Source of the DNA: Tetramitus jugosus
Lineage: Eukaryota; Protista; Heterolobosea
Direction: 5' to 3'
Length of the DNA: 64,000 bases
Assembly (NCBI GenBank): GCA_937625935.1
Contig: OW569356.1
Coordinates: 248,001-312,000 of the forward strand
Shown: positions 49,845 to 59,029 of the stretch, one piece after another
Layout of the letters: every line of letters begins with the position of its first letter
Numbering within the stretch: position 1 is the stretch's first letter
Position numbers and translations under genes: made by a program
The notes under the pieces: generated by a model
Databases searched by the model: none
What the model was told of the DNA's origin: nothing
The model's input: only the letters and a program-made list of their open reading frames with translations

Positions 49845-52800
49845 TCAGAGCAGGAGAGCCGAACTCTGGACCGTAGTGGCATTTCTCACATTTTGGTTCT
49901 GAATAATTTTCACTCGAGAGCTAAAGTTGAGGGTGCTCACTGTTTCAGATATGCTAGTAGAGCTTGGAGAAATGTTGGCAAACATGATCGTCTTGGAATT
50001 GCCTCCAATAGAATCCTGCAATAAGAGAGTCAGCTTGGAATTCCTATAGGGAACAAAGGTCTTCTTTTCAGCTGATAGAGCAGCGATCACATCACCAAGT
50101 GAACTTAAACTCTTGTTAATGTGAGTAGCCTCCTTGAGTCTGTCTCCCTCAGAGTGGGATTTTGATATTCTCTCCGAACCGGCTAAGTCAACAAACAATA
50201 TCTTACTGCTCGTTGTAACAATTTCGTCTCCTTTGTTAAAGGATGTAGTTAGATAAATAGTAAATATAGTGTGTGATCTAGAAGATCGATCGTTCATCTC
50301 TGTTCGATGAACCTGTCGCTTCTTGTTTCCATCACTAAGCGTTTCGAGCAACGCTTCTGGAGATACAACATTGTATTCTGATACACCAGGTACATACATG
50401 AAACCACTTTGATGTTGCTTCATGTCAAACTTTTTACCTGATCCCTCGTCCAATAGATCAAATATGCTATCCAGATAGAGTTCGATCATAGAACACTTGA
50501 CGGAGAAAGTGTTTGTTCGATGTCCATTTGCTGCGTAAATATCCTGTCCCGGATTAAAGCTGTACTTTCGTAATAAATCAAACAAATAGTTTGCAGCTCG
50601 CGGTAGGACTCCTCGATGGACTCCCGCTTCATCTCCATAGATTGTAAAAGTTTTGCCGCTTCCTGTTTGACCATAAGCCATAATACAAACATTGTAACCA
50701 TCAATTGCACTCTGAATCAATGGTTTAATCTCTTCGAAAACTTCATCTTGTGATGCTGTTTCATTGAGGGTTCGGAAGAATTCAAATGACTTTGTTCCCT
50801 GGGTGTTTGTATAAACAGTTACTGTCTGCTCATCCTTGAGCTCAACTCGTCCAACTTGTGTATCTCCTCGCCTTTCCCCTTTTAGGATGGGTCTCATTCT
50901 GATAATTACTCTAATATTTCCTTTCATATCCTCCAGTATGTTATGAAGATGTTTTCGTTTTCTCATCTCTTCGTGGAATCGTTCTCTCAATACTGCATTC
51001 TCTAGAGCTATTTTTTCTGACTTCTTCTCCTCCATAACTCTTTGTTGTATAGCATTCGATAATAACTCTGAGGAATCAGATCCATTCATCAAATCTCTGA
51101 TTTGATATTTCAGCTCTCGGATCGCAACATCAGCAGATTGAGCCATCAACTTGTTGTGCTCGTACTCAGATGTAATATTTTTGATGTGAGTATTCAAATC
51201 GCCATTCTCTTGTCTCAGAACATCAATCTCATTATATGCATCATCAAGATTATCGTTTAAGGAAACTATTTGAGATTCTCTCTCTCGAATACTAACAACC
51301 TTCTCACTCTCCATTTGTTTTACTAACTGTGACTTTTCTGAGTACCACGAATCTCGCTCATTCTTAGCAACGGCTGTTAGTATTTCTACCTCCTCTTTCC
51401 AGTTTTTAAAAATGATCTGTTTCTCTTCCTCCCATTGCATTCTCTCCTTGTGTAGTTGATCCCTAATATGTTGGTTTTGTTTCATATCGTTCACTCTATC
51501 CTGTTCCGAACGTATTTGAAGGGATAGTCGCTTTATATCCTCTTGCGATGTCTGGCTCTCCCTCACCCATTGTTCTTGATCTCTACTATGTTCATCCTTC
51601 ATCATCTCGACCTGTTGTTGTGAGTGAAACAACTTTGATTGGAGTTCTATATTGTGCTTCTCCATCATTTGACATCTTCTTCTCATTTGATTCAAGTCAC
51701 TCTCTATGTCATCAATATTGTAAGATGAATAAGAAGAAGTTATCTCCTTCCTAAGACGAGAATTCTCTATCATTAATTGTTCTCTGTCCTCGTTTGCCTT
51801 TCTGAGAATATCTTTCTTTTCATTCGCCCACATTCTCATCAACATAGTTTTTTCCTCTGTCATCTGTCTCAGTAACTCATTCAAATCTATATTACTCTTA
51901 TCCCTCTTAAACCCATTCATTGGGTATTTCATTTCTCTTCCATTGTTCGGTGACGTCAAAGAGTTCCCCTTTGGAGATTCGACTCGAGTACTCTCTGAGA
52001 GAAGGGTGCTGCTCCTAGTACTTGGCGAGAGTGGGAGCGAAGACTGAGAATTCGACAGTTTGAGCTCGTTACTGTAGAGAACCTTAGGGCTAGGAACATT
52101 GGAAGCATACTCTTGAGCACTCATTTTCACAGGAGATTCCGGTCTATCAACACTTCCCCCGCTCGATGCGTTCAATTCAGGATCACTTGATTCAGAAGAA
52201 TTTTTCCCTCTATCATCGTCACTCTTTACCTCGTCTTCTTGCAGTATTAGGGTACTGCTAACCTCTTCAAACGATTGTTGTTCCTGTCCCTCATTTTGTA
52301 AATTAGAATTTTCCACTGTTGAGATGTTAGCCCCAGGGACTATCTTTAAGCTTGGAGTTAATGTAATAACACGTGCCTTGTTTGCCGTTGGAGGATTTGA
52401 CAACAAGTCACTGGAAGAATAATTTGATGTTTTTGAAGGATTGAAGGATGAATGAGAGCCGATATATGTTTCCTCCGGAAGCGCAGGATGCTCATATTCT
52501 GGAGCTGGTTGCTCTCTATCTTCTAAGAACTCATCCTCTTCAACCTCCTCCACCATGTCTTCGGTTGTGGGACTGTTCGTGGATGATATTGTAGCTAATT
52601 GAAGAACCGTATCTTCATTCAGATCAAAATCAGCCCCAACAGTATCATCCATTAACTCTGTATTGTTCCAGAATATCAGTTGTTCTAATGATTAAGATAA
52701 AGTAAGTCGTGTTAGGCATGATCCACCCAAGTATCAATGTTAGAAAGCATACACACCATCAACGGGTATATTTGTGACTTTACACAGATTCTTCTTTATT

Positions 52801-53031
52801 TTAAGTACCCTACATCAATGAATGAGTGGATTGAACAGAAAAACACATAGCAAGAGAAATGGAACTTACGAGAGCTTATGGGCATCAGTTCTCTTCACTG
52901 ACACCTTGTATCTCTTCTTATTTGATAAAGAGAAGACTGCAAAAGAGAACTTGCCCTTGTTGAAAACTGGTTAGTCCAGAAGTCTAAAAAGACAAGAAGC
53001 GAAGTATTTGGTGACATACTTGTGGATCCAT
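49845..53031 (-). CDS. C-terminal-motor kinesin (kinesin-14) with spliced N-terminal ubiquitin-like domain; exons 53020-53031, 52870-52955, 52757-52809, 49845-52684
   Basis: Neck RKHLHNILEDMKGNIRV, GQTGSGKT, NDRSSRSH, VDLAGSER, HINKSLS, PYRNSKLT. Upstream exons splice in frame via GTATGT, GTAAGT and GTGTGT donors. Confidence 0.88.
52685..53019 (-). other. Three short introns in the kinesin 5' region (52956-53019, 52810-52869, 52685-52756)
   Basis: 64, 60 and 72 nt GT-AG introns; GACTAAC in the first and CCTAAC in the third. The joins give a continuous Ubl-like peptide. The first acceptor is AAG and is less certain. Confidence 0.72.
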
Positions 53032-53091
53032 TCGAATAATTGAGAGATTGTTGTGTCAGTCGTAAAAATTTCAGATCAAAAAGTGAAAAGA

Positions 53092-53100
53092 GGCGCCAAA
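53092..53100 (-). promoter_or_regulatory. E2F-like site TTTGGCGCC upstream of kinesin-14
   Basis: Matches TTTSSCGC, about 60 nt upstream of the reconstructed ATG. Confidence 0.45.
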
Positions 53101-53194
53101 GAGATGAATCCAAAAATTACAACGATTGTGTTTAATATCGATTCAGCCCATACTAATAAAACGACCAATAAAATGCTGTACACGCCGAGAGAAC

Positions 53195-54410
53195 TTAATT
53201 TTGAACTCTCTTAATTGTCTTAAAGTCAGCCAATGCTTCATCAGCATAACCGCTTGGCTTAGCGTGTTTCTCATTGATACTGGTGTCTTTTGTGTAACCC
53301 TTGGTCTTCATGTCGACCCAGTTGGTTTGACCGAAGACAGATGAGCCAATGTCCTCAAGGATAGTGACATCCTCAGAGTCTTCTTCTCCAGAGGCGGAAG
53401 CGGAGCTCTTTGCAGCCAGTCTAACAACTTCGTTAACCAAGGCACCAACAGCGTCATAAATTTCGTGTGGTTGTGGTGCTCTTGCCATATAAGCAGGAGT
53501 AGATACGATTAGGTTAGTTTCGTCAACATGAATGGCGTCAACATCCAATTGAACAGCAGTAGATCCACAAGCAGTAACACAATCGATTGCTTGCTTATCT
53601 TCCTTTCCAACGGTGACTTGGCAACCTTCACGATTTGCGTTGCTCAAAACTTTGGCGACAAGAACTGGAGCAATGCAGATAGCACCAATTGGCTTCTTAG
53701 CATCAATGAAATCCTTAATGACACGTTCAGTTTCGGCTTCAATCTTAAAGTTCTATAAATTGGTATTTCCATTCATAACGAGACATCGTGTGAGTAAAGT
53801 GTAATGAATTTTTGTGTGAACAAGTGTGGATGGATGCACACAAAATGGGCAGCAAAATAAAAGAAACATACGGTTGAGTCCTCAGCGTAGTTGCTCAAGT
53901 TCTTTGCAACACCAAATCCACCAGGGATGATCAAAGCATGATAAGCATCAGCCTTCAAAGTGTTCAACTTTCTGACTGGTACTCTAGAAATACGGGATGA
54001 CTCAGCTGCCAAATCTCTCACTTCATTCTTCTCAACAGTTTTGGTGGCGTGATCGTATGTTTCTTCTTGGTTTCCATCAGGAGCAAAACACATAGTTTTG
54101 TATCCGCTTCTAGACAAATGGATCAAAGTGGAAACAGCTTCAGTGATTTCAGTTCCGTCCAAATAACCACATCCGTGCAAGAGAACAGCAACTGTTGGTT
54201 TGTTATCACCAGAGGTGGATGCAGCAGCCTACAAACACACAGACAATCAGTTTTTTATTCAAACATAAAAATATTTCAAAAAACTCAACAATGAGTGTAA
54301 TAACGTACATAGTATCTATTTTGGAAGGTAGTTGGTGCAGCGTATTGGCCTTGCTTCAAGGCAAAAGATTTTGGAGCACGAACAACGGAGGATGCAAATG
54401 AGCGGAACAT
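53195..54410 (-). CDS. ElbB/ES1/GATD3-like DJ-1-family glyoxalase, mitochondrial; exons 54309-54410, 53872-54228, 53195-53752
   Basis: Presequence-like MFRSFASSVVRAPK; VAVLLHGCGYLDGTEITEAV, IPGGFGVAKNLS, KPIGAICIAP, VSTPAYM. Confidence 0.9.
53753..54308 (-). other. Two introns in ElbB-like gene (54229-54308, 53753-53871)
   Basis: GTACGT...TAG (80 nt) and GTATGT...TAG (119 nt); both are phase-0 in-frame joins. Confidence 0.88.
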
Positions 54411-54567
54411 GTTTGTGAGTGGTGATGCTTTTTTTTTGTTGTGATTGTAACAATTGGTTGACTTTGAAGTTTCAATAAAAACTTGAAGACTTCACCGAAA
54501 AATATTATTCCGAAGGTGTTTTGTATTCACATGCAGTGGTGAAAACGATTTTATGATGAAATTCAAG

Positions 54568-55233
54568 TCATTTTGAGTGTTCCATATATCCCTGCATCAT
54601 ATTTTTCAAGGTTGCAAGCTCCTTTTGAACTTGCTCTCTTCCTTTTCGTTCCTCCTCTAACACTTTTTCCAAGTCTTCAATTCGTCTCGTGTTCTCTTCG
54701 TCTATCTGCATCATGTTGACACTACCTACACTTTTTTGCCCCAATGAATAAGAGCTTCTATTGCTTCTAGAACTTTGCAGGTGAGATCTCTGAGATCGAG
54801 CTGAAGATCTTGAACTACTCAAAGACCTGTTCATGGTGGGAGAGGTTGGCTGCATCGTGTTAAAACTTTTTGACGGATAGTTGTTCATTTGATCGTAATA
54901 AGAATTTCTTTGAGACATCATTTCTCTGGCATCATCAGGAGCCAATAGATGTGGCAGAATATGAGATGTATATCCGTGTGGTTTGCTTGAATAGCCATGT
55001 CCTTGCCTCTTTGTTACAAATGGTTGAGAGCTGGCTTGTTTTCTGAGTAAATCAATCCCACTAGTGAACAAATGATATTCTCGATTAGTGAATATTCCAC
55101 ACGACAGTCAAAAAGATGTGATCACGTACCGGTAGTCCCGAATAAAATTGAGCATTGCCTTGTCTTCGGATGATACTCGTTGCTTCCAAGCTTCAGCATT
55201 CCTAACAAATCGATAGTCGTTCACATCAGACAT
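54568..55233 (-). CDS. Small hypothetical protein with C-terminal coiled coil; intron 55061-55129
   Basis: Exon 1 MSDVNDYRFVRNAEAWKQRV..DYR joins GIDLLRK via GTACGT...CACTAAT...TAG. Confidence 0.7.
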
Positions 55234-55459
55234 GTTTGAAGCTCTAATTGCAGTGCTGCAGACAATGGGATCTTTGGTAGAGATGTTTAGTTACGGATGT
55301 CGCAGAAATGTGGTGTTGAATATCACTCAGAGAAGATTTGTTTGTTACAGTTTTTGGACTACTGAAAAACCGAAAAAGGGCAGCGGCGGTTGTAACTCAG
55401 CAAGGGTGCAAAAATTGGACTGTTTGCTGTTTATTCAAATACATTTGTCACTAGGTTAC

Positions 55460-56044
55460 TCACTTAGTAAACAAGAAAGAATATTGATTGGAGTGCACTT
55501 GGAGTAATGCCTTTTCATAGGTTTCAAAGTCTGCATAATGTAAACATGTCGTAGGAAAATAAATTAGTTAGTAAAATGATACCAAACGAGAGAGAACACA
55601 ACAAAATACATCACATCAATAGATACGAACCGAAATCAACTTGGCTTGGAGGCAGAGTAAAGTTCGTGTTGTAACTTTCTCTGATCGTTTTTTCGTCTTG
55701 AACAATTCCAACCAATTCAATGACCGAACCTTCTTGTGCATCTCTCACCTCATTCACAAAAGCCTGGAGATCAATTTTCACAAACACGAAAAAAGAAAAT
55801 ATTGTTAGTTTCGTATTCATATTTGTCACCAACAGAATAAAGCACAAAATTTTGAAATACAAACAATGATTTGAGGAGCATCTTTAGATTGTGCCAAAAT
55901 CAGTTGAGGTCCTGAGATCTCCAAAATGGTACCAACAAGGGTTACTTCATGATTAATAAAATTAGGCAGCATTGATGTTGTGATTCTTGGTTTAACGACG
56001 TCTTGTTGAGTTATTTCATGTCTGGCTGGTTTGTTGTCTTCCAT
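55460..56044 (-). CDS. RPA3: Replication protein A 14-kDa subunit; introns 55764-55864 and 55531-55630
   Basis: PRITTSMLPNFINHEVTLVG, VIELVGIV and FDFETYEKAL fit the RPA3 OB fold. GTTTGT/GTTCGT donors with AACTAAC/TACTAAC. Confidence 0.82.
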
Positions 56045-56127
56045 TTTTTTGATGTATGGGCAATTGGTTCTTTTGTTTCTTCTTCTTGGTTGTTTCTTTT
56101 GTTCAGAACCAAAAGTAACGTCCAGAA

Positions 56128-56136
56128 TTTTGGCGC
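56128..56136. promoter_or_regulatory. E2F-like site TTTTGGCGC upstream of RPA3
   Basis: Matches TTTSSCGC, about 85 nt from the RPA3 ATG. Confidence 0.45.
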
Positions 56137-56376
56137 AATTCTTCATTTTTCTGGAACTCCGAATGCTTTTTTGTTTGAATTGGAGTTACTCTTGCGAACG
56201 TTCGATTGAGCTGCCATTGAACTCGGTAGTTCTCGTTTCCTAACCAATGACCAATGGTCATGTTCGATATGTTGGGGAATTGCAGAATTCAGACTCCAAT
56301 TTCTGAGCCGAACAAAAGGCGCAAATTCACACAGTCGAAGAAAAAACAAATCCAATACTTTTGAACACACTTGATC

Positions 56377-56742
56377 ATGAGCGCACCATCAATCAATACA
56401 TCTCGAACTCACATCATTTCGCTCTACAGAGAGATTTTAAAATCTGCGAATAAGCTACCAAAAGACTTCCAACGAAATTTTGTTGTTGAAAAAGCAAGAT
56501 TCATGTTTCGACAGCCAAAACAGGAGAGTGAGCTTGTCGATAGCATACGGTTAGCCATGACTCATTTAGATGATATACAGGCTCAGGTACACGCACTATC
56601 TGTCATGAGATACACTGATGACAGAAAGACTGATCAACAATTGGCTGAAGAAGGATTGCAACAACAACGATTGGTGTTTGAGCAAGAGAATCAACCAGAT
56701 TGGGCACAAGACGAAGAACAAGAGCAGTATTATCACAAGTAA
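56377..56742 (+). CDS. LYR-motif (Complex1_LYR) protein
   Basis: ISLYREILKSANKLP...R..FR pattern. Confidence 0.8.
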   Translation: MSAPSINTSRTHIISLYREILKSANKLPKDFQRNFVVEKARFMFRQPKQESELVDSIRLAMTHLDDIQAQVHALSVMRYTDDRKTDQQLAEEGLQQQRLVFEQENQPDWAQDEEQEQYYHK

Positions 56743-57180
56743 ACGTGAACGATTCAAAGGAGATGCACATGTAACAACATTATGTCTACGATCAGCACAC
56801 CACCACACGAGAGAATGAGAATGATGCATATATGGTTGCCGTTACCAAAGCTGCTTTATTTACAAATATATGACTCCATGAGAGTGTTGTTTGCTACTGT
56901 TTTGTTCAATTGATGGACATGTGTGTGTTGAAGCTATAGCGATGTTGATGACTCATCACTTTGCTTTTTGAGGAATGAATCCATGCATGAGGTGCATGTT
57001 TCAGTACTATTATTTGCGGACGTGCTATCTCCTGCGGCTGTTTCAACTTCAGCAGGAGTGCTTTGATTTCTTTAGTGCGCACGCACATGAAACACATTCC
57101 AATTCAGCAGTGTGAGTGAGAAGAGAAAATCAATAAAGTTATTGTTCACAAGTATAGACCGTGCACACATTGAAATTCAT

Positions 57181-57357
57181 TCACACATACTGTGTTGTTG
57201 CTTGAAAAGCTGCTCGTTTTGAAGCACATGAAGCTTCGAAAGCTTCAATCTCTTTCTTACAATGAATTTTTCGATCAGATGGATGTCTCTTGAAGCATTG
57301 CTCAAGTGCACTTGCATCACAAGCAAGGGTGGACATTGGTGACTTCTCTGAACCCAT
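57181..57357 (-). CDS. Small twin-cysteine (Cx7C/Cx10C) CHCH-like protein
   Basis: CDASALEQC..CKKEIEAFEASC in a 58-aa ORF divergent from HAUS1. Confidence 0.55.
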   Translation of the reverse strand: MGSEKSPMSTLACDASALEQCFKRHPSDRKIHCKKEIEAFEASCASKRAAFQATTQYV

Positions 57358-57404
57358 TTTCACTCAGCTTGTTTTGTTTTCCCTCTCCGAAAAAGTTTTT
57401 CCTC

Positions 57405-57416
57405 TTCGCGCCAAAA
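57405..57416. promoter_or_regulatory. E2F-like site TTCGCGCCAAAA upstream of HAUS1
   Basis: Minus strand reads TTTTGGCGCG; followed by GGCGGG; about 45 nt before the ATG. Confidence 0.5.
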
Positions 57417-57460
57417 AACTGGCGGGCTATCGATTTCTTGATGAGCGAGAAAATTGAACA

Positions 57461-58702
57461 ATGGAAGTCGATGAACAAGCGTATGACTCAGCTCCAACTG
57501 TGCAACACACGAATAAGACTGTGCCACTGTCTGAAAAGTTGGCTATTGTCCAAGCATGGCTGAAACAGACATTTGACCAAGAGCAAGCTCCCACAGCTTC
57601 ATTGTTGTTGCAACCTACTTATCATAGCAACAGTGGTGGCAATGGGGATGTGAGATTTGATTTTGAACAAAATGAAAGAACCATTTCAGTGCTCTATGAG
57701 CTCTATCTGTTCAATACGAAGCAAAAGAGAGCTTGTCAGCTGAAAAACAAGCTCATGAACAGTCAAATTGAAATTCTAAAGCAGAAATCAGAGCAAATGC
57801 AACAAGTGCTCACCAAGTGCAAGCTGTACATTGTGACTCTGTCTCAACAGCAGCAACAGCAACAGACAAATTTCTCCAGTGTTGCGAATCGATTGGGCAC
57901 AGGTACGGCATTTAGTGCTCCAAGTACGATGAGTCCACAATGGTCGTCTCATGGTATGCATTCTGTTTGCGCCACTCCATTGTCCACAACGACTACGTCC
58001 ATGTCCTCTCTTTCGTCTTCTCCTCTGGGTAGTTCCACCTTTTTGAGTGCATCTTCTGTCATGTCATCTCATGCACTGGACACCTCGTCCTACACATCAG
58101 CTGTTCGTGCACTATCAGAGCTCGCCTGTATGTTAGACTTGAAGGACACCAAATTATCGAGCTACATGATGGCAATTAGTGAACTATTGGACAATTTAGA
58201 TGCGATTAAGCAGGAGAGAGCTGAAGTGAGTCAATCGAATGTTGTACTTCAGACAAGGATACTGACCACAATCGAGCGGATTCAAAAATTGAAAGTGATC
58301 AACGACAAACTAGAGCATCAGGTAATGCAACACAAGAAGCAAAAATTGATTGAATCGAAACAAACGAATATAGAGTATCTCAACCGGAAAATGGGAGAGT
58401 ATGAAGGTGAGATCACTCGACTGAAGCAAAAGTTGGAAGATGCATTTAAATCAAATAACTCTGTTGAAGTACCAGTGCATCATGAGCTTTCAAGAGTTAG
58501 TCAATCGGCACTTATTAAATTGGCAGAGGAAATATATGCTTTGAAAGCAAGAATCGGACCGAAATTTGAAAAGTTACAAACTTATCATAACTTACCGCCT
58601 GATATGCAAGCAGTGAAGTTGAAGATAACTGAGGCCCGAAATGAAATATTTAAGCTCGATTCCCAATTCCAACGAAATGCTCAGCATATGTGGATTGAAT
58701 AA
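57461..58702 (+). CDS. HAUS1: Augmin/HAUS complex subunit 1-like
   Basis: VQAWLKQTF, FEQNERTISVLYEL, LDLKDTKLSSY, YHNLPPD..VKLKITEARNE. Confidence 0.75.
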   Translation: MEVDEQAYDSAPTVQHTNKTVPLSEKLAIVQAWLKQTFDQEQAPTASLLLQPTYHSNSGGNGDVRFDFEQNERTISVLYELYLFNTKQKRACQLKNKLMNSQIEILKQKSEQMQQVLTKCKLYIVTLSQQQQQQQTNFSSVANRLGTGTAFSAPSTMSPQWSSHGMHSVCATPLSTTTTSMSSLSSSPLGSSTFLSASSVMSSHALDTSSYTSAVRALSELACMLDLKDTKLSSYMMAISELLDNLDAIKQERAEVSQSNVVLQTRILTTIERIQKLKVINDKLEHQVMQHKKQKLIESKQTNIEYLNRKMGEYEGEITRLKQKLEDAFKSNNSVEVPVHHELSRVSQSALIKLAEEIYALKARIGPKFEKLQTYHNLPPDMQAVKLKITEARNEIFKLDSQFQRNAQHMWIE

Positions 58703-58712
58703 TGTGTGATCG

Positions 58713-58945
58713 CTTTACAACTCGTGCAGTTATTAGACTGAAACTGAGGAGCCCTAGTCGATCACCCAACGATAAATCTCACAGGTTCGTTGTTCGATGG
58801 TTATTGTCTCGCACGTCAACTGTGGTTCTGCGAACAGAACTTTGTTTGAGACCATCCAAAATGAAGGAGCTTTTGGATTGAATACAACCTAGGCTGTTGT
58901 GAGACGAAGGGAGTGAAATCCTGTGCGTGGCACATACTTTTTAAT
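58713..58945. ncRNA. Candidate structured non-coding RNA (unassigned)
   Basis: Several complementary segments, including perfect GTTCTG-CGAA-CAGAAC and ATCCAAAA/TTTTGGAT, followed by T-runs. Confidence 0.3.
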
Positions 58946-59029
58946 TTTTACAACGAAAAAATAATGTGGTAATATGAAAGAAGAATATTGTATCAAAATT
59001 ATTTGAGAATATAAAGAATGTAGCTTTAG

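Noticed and set aside
58744-58920. Hammerhead ribozyme (CTGAGGA...GAAA)
   Set aside because: I could not build stems I-III with correct spacing.
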